From Spongiimicrobium salis (GTDB lineage: Bacteria > Bacteroidota > Bacteroidia > Flavobacteriales > Flavobacteriaceae), in contig NZ_JBHEQA010000001.1 of the NCBI RefSeq assembly GCF_043678055.1, positions 1,998,198 through 2,062,197 on the forward strand: a DNA stretch of 64,000 nucleotides. The letters are read 5' to 3'. The notes under the pieces are model-generated. The model worked only from the letters and a program-made list of their open reading frames with translations. It had not been told where the DNA came from and did not search any database. The position numbers and the translations under genes are program-made. Shown here piece by piece: positions 41,284 to 50,700 of the stretch (position 1 is the first letter of the stretch; each line of letters begins with the position of its first letter).

Positions 41284-41370
41284 TATATGAAGCAGAAAAT
41301 GCTTTCAAATTAGAAGGCTTTATCCGTATCTTATGTTATTGATGGAGTGTCATAAAAAAGAAGAAAGAAT

Positions 41371-41841
41371 ATGAGTGGTACATTAAACAAAGTGATGTTG
41401 ATCGGGCATCTGGGAGATGAAGTAAAGACGCATTATTTTGAAGGAGGGAATTGTATTGCGCGTTTTCCCTTGGCTACCAATGAGACGTATACCAATAGAC
41501 AAACCGGAGAGAAGGTCACTAATACAGATTGGCATAATATCGTAGTACGCAATAAAGCAGCGGAGATATGTGAAAAATACCTGAGCAAAGGCGATAAGAT
41601 TTATGTGGAAGGAAGATTGAAAAATAGACAATGGCAGGGCGAAGATGGGGTTACACGATATACTACAGAGGTGCACGTGCAGGAATTTACTTTTCTCTCC
41701 ACGAAAAAAGAGAGTATTTCCAATGCGCAATCCAATGCAGGAGGAACTTCGCCGCAACATCTTTCAACAAGTGCAGGGCATACCTCCAAAGAAACAAGCT
41801 CCGCAAACGAACCTGAACAAGATGATGATTTACCATTCTAA
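41371..41841 (+). CDS. ssb: single-stranded DNA-binding protein
   Basis: An OB fold beginning NKVMLIGHLG and the acidic C-terminal tail DDDLPF. Confidence 0.9.
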   Translation: MSGTLNKVMLIGHLGDEVKTHYFEGGNCIARFPLATNETYTNRQTGEKVTNTDWHNIVVRNKAAEICEKYLSKGDKIYVEGRLKNRQWQGEDGVTRYTTEVHVQEFTFLSTKKESISNAQSNAGGTSPQHLSTSAGHTSKETSSANEPEQDDDLPF

Positions 41842-41866
41842 GAGAATTAAAATTAAACCGTAACTA

Positions 41867-43195
41867 TTGGACCCTGACCCCCTGAGTTTTATATTGGATG
41901 TTGCCTTTTTTGATAGTGCAGTCGCATTAGAACTTATTGTGCTTATTCTATTATTGCTATGCTCTGCGCTAATATCTGGGGCCGAAGTTGCCTTTTTTGG
42001 TCTATCTCCTACAGATATGAATCAAATAGAAGAGGAAAAAACACCAACCGGGAAGACAGTACTAAAACTTTTGGAACGGCCTAAAAAGCTGTTGGCTACC
42101 ATATTAATTGCCAATAATACCATTAATATTGGAGTGGTACTCTTATTCAGTGCTATTGGCGATGTTCTGTTTGCCAATATGGAGTATACATTATTTGATT
42201 TTATTTCGGTGAAATTTCTATTGGAAGTTGTATTGGCTACTTTTTTGATATTGATGTTTGGAGAAATTTTACCTAAGATATATGCGAATCGAAATAGGAT
42301 TAGTTTTTCGCATTTTATGGCCTACCCTTTGCATGTATTGGATATTATTTTTACGCCCTTGAGTATGCCCATGCGCACTGGGACATTGTTTTTACACGAT
42401 AAACTGGGGAAACAGAAATCCAATCTGAGTGTGGACCATCTTTCCCAAGCTTTGGAACTGGCTAGTGAAGGAGATACGACAAAAGAAGAACAGAAGATTT
42501 TGGAAGGGATTGTTTCCTTCGGGAATACAGATACCAAACAGGTGATGCGGCCAAGAATAGATATTTTTGCCTTGAATGCCGAAATGAAGTTTTCTGAAGT
42601 ACTGGAAGAAATAAAAAAGCAGGGGTATTCCCGTGTTCCGGTCTTTGAAGAGAATATGGATAATGTCCTTGGAGTGCTGTACGTAAAGGATATACTGCCC
42701 TATTTAGATCGGAAGAGCTTTAATTGGGCTTCTTTGATCAGAGAACCTTACTTTGTGCCCGAGAATAAAAAATTGGACAATTTGCTGTCTGAATTTCAGG
42801 AAAAAAAGAATCACTTAGCGGTGGTGGTCGATGAATATGGAGGTACTTCCGGAATTGTGACCTTGGAAGATATTATTGAGGAGATCGTAGGTGATATTAG
42901 CGATGAATTTGATGATGAAGATCTGGTGTATTCCAAATTGGACGATCACAATTACGTCTTTGAGGGAAAAACCACCTTGAAAGACTTTTATAGAGTAGTG
43001 TATATCCAGGATGAAGAAGATTTTGAAGATCAAAAAGGAGAATCTGAGACCATAGCGGGATTTGTGTTGGAGATTGCAGGAAACTTCCCGAAAAGAGGCG
43101 AAAAAGTAGTGTTCAAAAACTATCAATTTGTGGTAGAGAGTTTGGATAAAAAGAGATTGAAACAAATTAAAATTACCCTCCCAAATGAAGAATAG
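41867..43195 (+). CDS. gldE: gliding motility protein GldE (CNNM/CorC-HlyC family: DUF21 membrane domain, two CBS domains, CorC_HlyC domain)
   Basis: The domain order plus the mutY-ssb-gldE-gldD synteny described for Flavobacterium johnsoniae. Confidence 0.7.
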   Translation: MDPDPLSFILDVAFFDSAVALELIVLILLLLCSALISGAEVAFFGLSPTDMNQIEEEKTPTGKTVLKLLERPKKLLATILIANNTINIGVVLLFSAIGDVLFANMEYTLFDFISVKFLLEVVLATFLILMFGEILPKIYANRNRISFSHFMAYPLHVLDIIFTPLSMPMRTGTLFLHDKLGKQKSNLSVDHLSQALELASEGDTTKEEQKILEGIVSFGNTDTKQVMRPRIDIFALNAEMKFSEVLEEIKKQGYSRVPVFEENMDNVLGVLYVKDILPYLDRKSFNWASLIREPYFVPENKKLDNLLSEFQEKKNHLAVVVDEYGGTSGIVTLEDIIEEIVGDISDEFDDEDLVYSKLDDHNYVFEGKTTLKDFYRVVYIQDEEDFEDQKGESETIAGFVLEIAGNFPKRGEKVVFKNYQFVVESLDKKRLKQIKITLPNEE

Positions 43196-43742
43196 ACTTT
43201 TTTGTGGGTTATTAACGGTAGCCCTGTTGGCTATGAGCTGTGGTGAAACTGTCCTTCCCAAACCGGAGGCCATGTTGCGGTTAGAATATCCGGAAGCTAT
43301 CACAAAAACCTTAGCAACCCAATGTGACTATACATTTGCGTACAATGAAATTGCATGGGCCGATAAAAATGAGGATTGTGCCCTGACTTTAGAGTATCCC
43401 TCAATGAATGCTACGATATTCATTACCTATAAAGCTGTTGAAGATAATCTTGGCGCTTTAGTGTTGGATGCCGAAAAACTATCTTCGGAACATATGAAAA
43501 AAGCTGATGGGTTTTTTGAGCAGCCTTTTGTCAATGCGGATAATAAGGTGTACGGAATGTTCTATGAGGTTAAAGGGAATACGGCTTCACAGGCTCAATT
43601 TTATGTAACGGACAGCATCAATCACTTTCTAACGGGGTCTCTTTATTTTAAAGCGAGACCCAATTATGATTCTATTTTACCAGCGGCAATATATCTGCAA
43701 AAAGATATACGTACCATTATGGAAAGTTTGCGTTGGAAATAA
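43185..43742 (+). CDS. gldD: gliding motility lipoprotein GldD
   Basis: Lipobox LLAMSCGE. The 185-aa gene overlaps the gldE stop, as in the F. johnsoniae gldE-gldD arrangement. Confidence 0.6.
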   Translation: MKNRLFCGLLTVALLAMSCGETVLPKPEAMLRLEYPEAITKTLATQCDYTFAYNEIAWADKNEDCALTLEYPSMNATIFITYKAVEDNLGALVLDAEKLSSEHMKKADGFFEQPFVNADNKVYGMFYEVKGNTASQAQFYVTDSINHFLTGSLYFKARPNYDSILPAAIYLQKDIRTIMESLRWK

Positions 43743-43766
43743 AAAGGAGGGATTGTTTTATTTATC

Positions 43767-44192
43767 CTAATTTTCTTTTAGTAAAGCTTCCGCATTTTTA
43801 ATACTACTATTAATGTGCTCGCGAAGGGCTTTGACTTTTTCTTCCTCATCGTTGAGCCATTGTTGTTTTTGATCCGTCAAGGCTTTGCCTTTCATGATTT
43901 CACTACTGTCAAATCGTTCCCCGAAGCCACTCATCCAATCCATCATTTCCGTATGGGCAGCTTCTAAATCCTGTTGGGCTGCAGTGTATTTCAAGCCTAG
44001 GGCCGTAGTGTCTGCTTTACGTTGCATCTTCTTGGCCAAATTGCCCAATATTCCCATTTTTGGCATTACTTCGTCATGGATATCCATAACTTGTTGCATT
44101 TGAGTACGCTCAACGGGAGCTTCTTTCTTTTCTTTGCAGGAAAATATAAAAAGGGCTAATAAACAGACAATAGTTAAAGTGCTTTTTTTCAT
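43767..44192 (-). CDS. Met-rich periplasmic lipoprotein (hypothetical)
   Basis: Lipobox LFIFSCKEK. Met-rich stretches MQQVMDIHDEVMPKMG and HTEMMDWMSGFG. It is predicted to be helical. Confidence 0.35.
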   Translation of the reverse strand: MKKSTLTIVCLLALFIFSCKEKKEAPVERTQMQQVMDIHDEVMPKMGILGNLAKKMQRKADTTALGLKYTAAQQDLEAAHTEMMDWMSGFGERFDSSEIMKGKALTDQKQQWLNDEEEKVKALREHINSSIKNAEALLKEN

Positions 44193-44275
44193 GGGTAAAC
44201 TTTTGATAAAGGTAAAAGATTCCTTCCAAATAGTAATTTTTTAAGTTCAATTTGGAAGGAAATCGTAGTTAGATT

Positions 44276-45295
44276 TTAAAAGGAGTATTGGGCTCCAATA
44301 GTGAAATTTTCTTTGTTTTTTAATTGTATGCCGTTTAGGTCCTGATAAATAGGATATCCAAATTCAAAACCAAAACGAAGGTTCTTCAGTGCTCCATTGG
44401 GCAGATAGGTGTTAAATCCGATTCCGGAATTAATATAGGTGCCTCCAGAATTAGCAGTATCTGCTGTGATGACCATGGTTGGGATTAAATTGGGATCTAT
44501 TCCCTGGATTCCCTCAACAATCAATCCTTCCACTCGTGCAGAGAAGCTTAGCCAGGAAAGTGCTTTTATGCCAAGCCAGTTATTCCAGCTATAACGATTG
44601 CCATAGCGGAAATCCCGCTCGTTTTCCCCAAATCTAAAAGTACTTTGTAGTTGAGACCCCCAGGAAAGAAGGTTGTTTTGTCCTAAATACGTAATTCCCA
44701 AAATAGGGTCTAAAGTACCACTTCCTATTTGCATAGGGTAAGGCAGCACTGTTGCGTTTGGTGCAGACGCGGGAGTAACATCGCCCTCCGTAACACTACC
44801 AGTGGGTATGGAAATACCTATCTGACCATGTAGGGTCTGCCTGTTTTTATTGAAAAATTGATAAAGGGCACCTATCTTAATATCGCCAAAGCCAGAAGCT
44901 TCGGTCCTGAAGGTACCGCCCATACGGGTAACATGATCCATCTTTTTGGAAATATAGTTGAACATTGCGGTTAGCGTAATGTTGTCGCTAATGGCATACA
45001 TGGTCCCTACCATATGCATGTCCATAGGCATTTGGGTAGGTGTAACCCTATAATTGGCCAAGGCATCGGCAAAAGAAGCATCATCACTGCCCTGTTTTAG
45101 GTCTTCCATATTCATGTGCATATAGCGGTAACTGAACATCCATTCTCCTTTTTTATGGATATGATCGGCCATAACGGATATGGGAGCATGCCCATCGGGT
45201 CTTCCCGCAGACCATTTTTGATCGGTACTGTCCGTATCTTGGGCACTTAGTATCAATGTTGTCATGAAAAGACAAACGGTATATATAATTTTCAT
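44276..45295 (-). CDS. outer membrane beta-barrel 'transporter' family protein (MetA-pathway-like), Met/His-rich
   Basis: Signal peptide MKIIYTVCLFMTTLILSAQD (start chosen inside the ORF-track call). His/Met-rich segments HMNMEDL and MPMDMHMVGTMY. A C-terminal aromatic residue. GFGDIKIGALYQF resembles the PF13557 family. Confidence 0.4.
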   Translation of the reverse strand: MKIIYTVCLFMTTLILSAQDTDSTDQKWSAGRPDGHAPISVMADHIHKKGEWMFSYRYMHMNMEDLKQGSDDASFADALANYRVTPTQMPMDMHMVGTMYAISDNITLTAMFNYISKKMDHVTRMGGTFRTEASGFGDIKIGALYQFFNKNRQTLHGQIGISIPTGSVTEGDVTPASAPNATVLPYPMQIGSGTLDPILGITYLGQNNLLSWGSQLQSTFRFGENERDFRYGNRYSWNNWLGIKALSWLSFSARVEGLIVEGIQGIDPNLIPTMVITADTANSGGTYINSGIGFNTYLPNGALKNLRFGFEFGYPIYQDLNGIQLKNKENFTIGAQYSF

Positions 45296-45459
45296 TATTT
45301 GTATTGTTTTGTTTATTTCTGGGTATAATTTTTCTAAGAATTTTAGCATACCCAGTGTATTGGGCAATCCTAATGAAGACCCAAGAATGCCAAAATCCTT
45401 GTAAATACGGCATAGGTTCCTATAGCGGAGGAAAAACCGTATGAAAGCATTATTACGAA

Positions 45460-45834
45460 CTAAACAATGGTGTTGGGAGGATGAAAATTGAAGGTTTCAA
45501 ATAAATAATCATAGCCATCTTGGAAGGCTGCTGTTTTTTTACTGGAGGTAGGAATATCTTCGGGAATGGAAATGAAAATTAAAGATACAAATCCAATGGG
45601 GTATTCTTCCATAGCAATAGGTGGAAGATTGCCTTTCTTTTCCTCATTTTCTTCCGTAAGACGTTGCATTAAATAGCATTTCCCATTACAATTCAAAGCT
45701 GTATTCTCTTTATTGATACAGAGAAATTCACTGATATAATCCTGATTGACAATATATTCAAACAAAGGGGCCACTGGGCGCAGCATGGCCAAAAAATATA
45801 ATGAAATGAACCAATATGTGAGAAGTACTCTCAA
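45460..45834 (-). CDS. small membrane-anchored hypothetical protein with CINK-x8-CNGKC cysteine motif
   Basis: An N-terminal TM helix followed by C-x8-C-x3-C. No family was recognised. Confidence 0.3.
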   Translation of the reverse strand: MRVLLTYWFISLYFLAMLRPVAPLFEYIVNQDYISEFLCINKENTALNCNGKCYLMQRLTEENEEKKGNLPPIAMEEYPIGFVSLIFISIPEDIPTSSKKTAAFQDGYDYLFETFNFHPPNTIV

Positions 45835-45987
45835 GGAAGTTGTTTGTTTTGGTAAGGCAAAATTAAGTATAATTCTTGCAAAAAAGCTGGGACAGTAATG
45901 ACTTTTATGTTAAAGTTGATAGGGCTGATTTAAAGTATACAAGACATCTTAAAAAGCATTTTTTATATCTTAGCGAAAACCCCTAAA

Positions 45988-47604
45988 ATGTCGAATTTCC
46001 TTTTGTTTCCCTTGCATCTATCGTTGAGACTCATGGTACTGTCCTTGCTTTTTAGCTGCACTATCGTACATGGTCAGGATACCACTGTGAGCAATAATGC
46101 TCCCCAAGCTTTGGCCAATAGGTATTTGGGCCAGGCTAGAAGTGCTTACTTAAAAGGGGATTATGAAACTTACAGGGTTTTCAGTGATTCCCTTTATACA
46201 TATGCTGCTGCGAACAAGCTTCCAAAAATGCAGGTCTTAGGGCTGGTAAACCTTGCTGTGTATTACAACAATCGTGGAGAATCCCAAAAAGCCATTGCAC
46301 AATACTTGAAAGGATTGCGTATTTGTGAAACGATTCCAAAAGATTTACGGACCAAGTTGGTGGTCATGGTGAATTTGGGAAATACCTATCATAATATTGA
46401 TGCTTACGACAAATCTATTCATACGATGGAAGAGGTACTCACCACCTATGAGGCTTTGGGGGATAGCACAGGATATCGAGTAAAAACAGCCGCAACTTAT
46501 AGTATTTCCATGAATTACCTGGAGTTGGGAAAGTATGAGGAGGCCGCGGTCTTTGCGGAACGAACCAAGGCTCTGGCCGAACGTTATGAGGATAAGGAGT
46601 TATTGGCTTCTGCTCTAGGCGCGCTGGGCGAGGTCTATTTTGAGAAGAGGGAATACCAAAAAACTGTAGATATTGTAATGGAAAGATTGCGAATGCCTCA
46701 ATTGAGGGATTCCACAAAACAACAGGCCAGTGCCCTTTTACTGATGGGGAAGTCATTCTATGAATTGGGAGAAAATGAGGAAGCATTATCCTATCTCGAA
46801 AAAGTAAGGGGTTTGGCAAAAATCAAAGGATTGAAGACTGTTTTGTCCGATGGTGAAAAGTATAGTGCTTTGGCTTATGAAAAATTAGGTGATTTGAAAT
46901 CTTCTTTACGTGCGCAGAAGGCCTATACGGAACTGAACAAAGAATTGAACAGAAACAATAGCGAAGCCGTTACTCTAGATATGGAAAAAGACTTAAACCT
47001 AAAAGAAAAGGAGGTAGCCGAAATAGGAAGTTGGTTTAAAAAAACACTGTCATTAAGCATTGTCGTGGGTATTCTGTTGTTATTTTCTCTAGTCGTTGTA
47101 CGAAAACGAAAGTTGCAATTGAACAGGGCACATGAGAATTTACAGGAAGAACATTCTAAATTGCTTCAAAATATAGCGGAAATGGAAAAAAAGCCGCAAA
47201 GAGAAGCTTTTGAAACCAAAATTTCTTCGGCCTATAAGAATTCTTCCTTGACCTCTGAAGATTATGAGCGTTATAAGGTTCATATTACCGCTTATATGAA
47301 AGAACATAAACCTTTTTTAGACCAGAATTTAAGCCAGGCTACTTTGGCAACTTTATTGGAGATTTCTGCCCATCATCTGTCGGAAGTGCTTCGTTTTGGT
47401 TTTGATCAAAATTTTTACAACTTCATTAATTCCTATCGTGTTATGGAGGCTCAGAGGCTCATGGAAAATGACACGAAGAATAAAGAAAAGATATTGGCCA
47501 TTGGTTTCGACTCTGGCTTTAAAAGTAAAACATCCTTCAATAGAGTTTTCAAGAGCCATACCGGTATGACACCTACGGAATACAGGAAGCAACAATCCCT
47601 TTAA
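45988..47604 (+). CDS. transmembrane one-component regulator: signal peptide, TPR sensor repeats, single TM helix and AraC-type HTH output
   Basis: Signal peptide. Multiple TPR-like 34-aa repeats. TM helix LSLSIVVGILLLFSLVVV followed by RKRK. The C-terminal helix-turn-helix ends ...GFKSKTSFNRVFKSHTGMTPTEYR (AraC family). Confidence 0.7.
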   Translation: MSNFLLFPLHLSLRLMVLSLLFSCTIVHGQDTTVSNNAPQALANRYLGQARSAYLKGDYETYRVFSDSLYTYAAANKLPKMQVLGLVNLAVYYNNRGESQKAIAQYLKGLRICETIPKDLRTKLVVMVNLGNTYHNIDAYDKSIHTMEEVLTTYEALGDSTGYRVKTAATYSISMNYLELGKYEEAAVFAERTKALAERYEDKELLASALGALGEVYFEKREYQKTVDIVMERLRMPQLRDSTKQQASALLLMGKSFYELGENEEALSYLEKVRGLAKIKGLKTVLSDGEKYSALAYEKLGDLKSSLRAQKAYTELNKELNRNNSEAVTLDMEKDLNLKEKEVAEIGSWFKKTLSLSIVVGILLLFSLVVVRKRKLQLNRAHENLQEEHSKLLQNIAEMEKKPQREAFETKISSAYKNSSLTSEDYERYKVHITAYMKEHKPFLDQNLSQATLATLLEISAHHLSEVLRFGFDQNFYNFINSYRVMEAQRLMENDTKNKEKILAIGFDSGFKSKTSFNRVFKSHTGMTPTEYRKQQSL

Positions 47605-47726
47605 TACTCCCGGGAAACAGGGGTTTTTTCAAAAAAAGAGTGCCACCCGAGCGAGTGGTACGCATCTTACAATAATAGCACATAAGCTTGCGTTCAGAAT
47701 AAGGTTCTAACAAAAACAAGACCCTA

Positions 47727-50700
47727 ATGAACAAGTTTTTAACATGCATTGTAGGCTTACTTTTTTTTAGTACAGTCATCGGCCAAACCTTGGTGCCTGA
47801 TCCTAATTTTGAACAATTTTTGGTAGATCAAGGGATTGATTCCAATGGAATAACAGGTGATATCTTAGATGCTGATGCGGAGGCAGTCACCGTACTATCG
47901 GTAACACGAAATGATATAACCGACTTCACAGGCTTGGAAGCGTTTATCAATCTCGTTAATCTCAATGCAGGAACCAATCAATTTGCTACCCTGCCTTTAA
48001 ACAATTTAACACTTCTTGAGGAGCTGCGATTTAGGAACAATCAAGCTTTGGCAAGTTTGGATTTATCTCAGAACACCGCTTTAAGGATATTTGAAATTAG
48101 GGCAAGTAGTGCTGCTCCAATTCCAACAATTCCCAGTCTTGATTTTTCACAAAATTTAAATCTGGAAGAACTGGATATATCCGTATTCGCCAGTATTACC
48201 TCCCTGACTTTTCCGGTTACTCCGACCCTTACAGATATTGATATTGCACAACTGAGCGTACCCACTATTGATATGTCCTTATTAACAGGAGATATTGACT
48301 TTAGAATAGTTGGGAGTAGGGTAGATGTTACAATATTATATCCAAATCAAAGAGATGCTATGAAGCGTTTGGAGCTAAGCAGTATTGATTTTCCCTTGGT
48401 GGATGTTTCAGAATTGATCGGATTGGAACGTTTAGGGCTTTTTGCTACAAATGTTGAGTCCTTCATCTTGCCGAATACCAATACCTTGACCAATATAACC
48501 ATATGGAATCATGAGATCGCAGCTCCTTTTTCAATGGCTGCTGTCCCTCAGTTGCAGAGTTTGGATATTAGAAACAATTTTGGAACTTTTCCTTTCGACA
48601 TTGATCTTACGACAAATACAGAATTAAGGAGTTTAACTCTGCCCCGAAATCTTATGAATAGTATTGATATTTCACAAAATATCATGCTGACAACGCTGGA
48701 TGTCAATACCAATAATTTAACAACTTTAGATGTCACCAATCAACCCGATTTAAATAGACTGGACGCTTACACCAATCAATTGCCCAGTATTGATCTATCG
48801 CAAAACTTAAATCTACAATGGTTGAATTTATCGCAAAATGAACTTCCAGCACTGGATGTGACCTTAAATACGGAGCTGAGATCCGTCAATATTAATTCCA
48901 ATCAATTCACTGGTACAGGTTTGGATTTGACACAAAATTTAGAGCTTTCTTCTTTTTCTGCCGCATTCAATGAAATTGAATCATTGGATATTACCCAGAA
49001 TACCGAATTGAGTTTTTTGGTGCTCAACGATAATTTGTTCCCTGGAACCGCTATTTTAGATCAATTCTATGCACATCAGCTGAATCGGGGTCGATTGAAT
49101 ATTTTTTTAAATGTCGAAAACAATTTGTTATCCGGAAGAATGCCGGACTTTTTTGGACTCTATGATCCTGCCATACAAACCAGGAGGTCTTCGTTAAGGT
49201 TTGGGGGTAATGCCTTTGAATTTGGTGATTTTGAAGAAGAACATCTGGATTATGTAGCCCTATTGACAACAATGTCCATAGGACCTTCACCAGATTTTGT
49301 ATTTCGAGAATATACCTACGCCCCTCAAGCTAAAGTGAACGCTGTTGAAAATTTCACGCGAAATGCAGGGGAGACCATCACCATAACAACGGTGGTAAGG
49401 GGGGCTCAAAATCATTATCGATGGTTTAAGGATGGTATAGAGATTCCAGAAGCTCCGGATGCTCCGGAGTTGGTTATTACGGATTTAAATACTTGTGATG
49501 CTGGAGTATATCATACTGAGATTACTAGTGACTTGGTGCCTTTTGAGAATGCTGACCCTCCGGGAACGGACGGCAAGAACTTACTATTAGTACGTAATGA
49601 TATTACACTTACTGTAAATGCAGTAAAGGATTGTGTTGTTTTAGATATGCCCTTGACTGATGTTCCTATCAATTCAGGGATTCAATGGGCAGATAACCCA
49701 GGAGCATGTGGGTATAGGATTAGTATAGGTACGGCATCGGGAAGTGATGACCTTTTACCACTAACCGATGTGGGAGAGGTAACCGTATATAACCATTCAA
49801 TGGATTATCCGGCAAATCAGGATATCTATGTTACTATTATTCCCTACTATGATGATGGCGATTTTGCAGGTTGTCCAGAGCAAACATTTAGAACCAGCGC
49901 TATACGTGTAGTACCAGAATGTACACTATTGATCTCCCCTTTGAACGGCAGTGCCAACGTGGCGGCAAATCTATCGAGAATTGAATGGAATCCGGCCAAT
50001 GGTGCAGATGAGTACAATATTACCTTGAGTAGTCCCAGTGGAGCCAATGATATCACAACGACAACAACGGACACATTTCTCACACTTGTGGGTGCTTTTA
50101 TGGAAGGCGAAGAGGTAACCGTCACCATTGTGCCCCTAAATACAGAAGGGAATGCTGGAGCATGTATGCCCGAATCTTTTACCATAGTAAGTGCGGCTAC
50201 CCCGATGCCCCCTTCCTGTAGCGCTTTGATCGCTCCTGCTGATGGTGCCACGGACGTGGCAGTGGACCTATCGGAGATCAGTTGGACTGCAGTTACTGGT
50301 GCCGATGGTTATCGTTTGACGATCAACGGTTCCACGAGCGACCTCAATGATGAGACCTCTTTGGTGGTCACGGGCACGACCCATGCCTTTGCGAACGATT
50401 TTGAGAATGGGGAAACGGTCACGGTGACGATCGTTCCCTTCAACGGTGATGGCGATGCCATGGGCTGTACCCCTGAAAGCTTTACCATTGTAAGTGCGGC
50501 TGCCCCGATGCCCCCTTCCTGTAGTGCTTTGATCGCTCCTGCTGACGGTACCACGGACGTGGCAGTGGATTTACCCGAGATCAGTTGGGGCGCTGCTGCC
50601 GGTGCGGATGGCTACCGTTTGACGATCAACGGTTCCATGAGCGACCTTAATGATGAGACTTCCTTAGTGGTCACGGGCACGACCCATGCCTTTGCGAACA

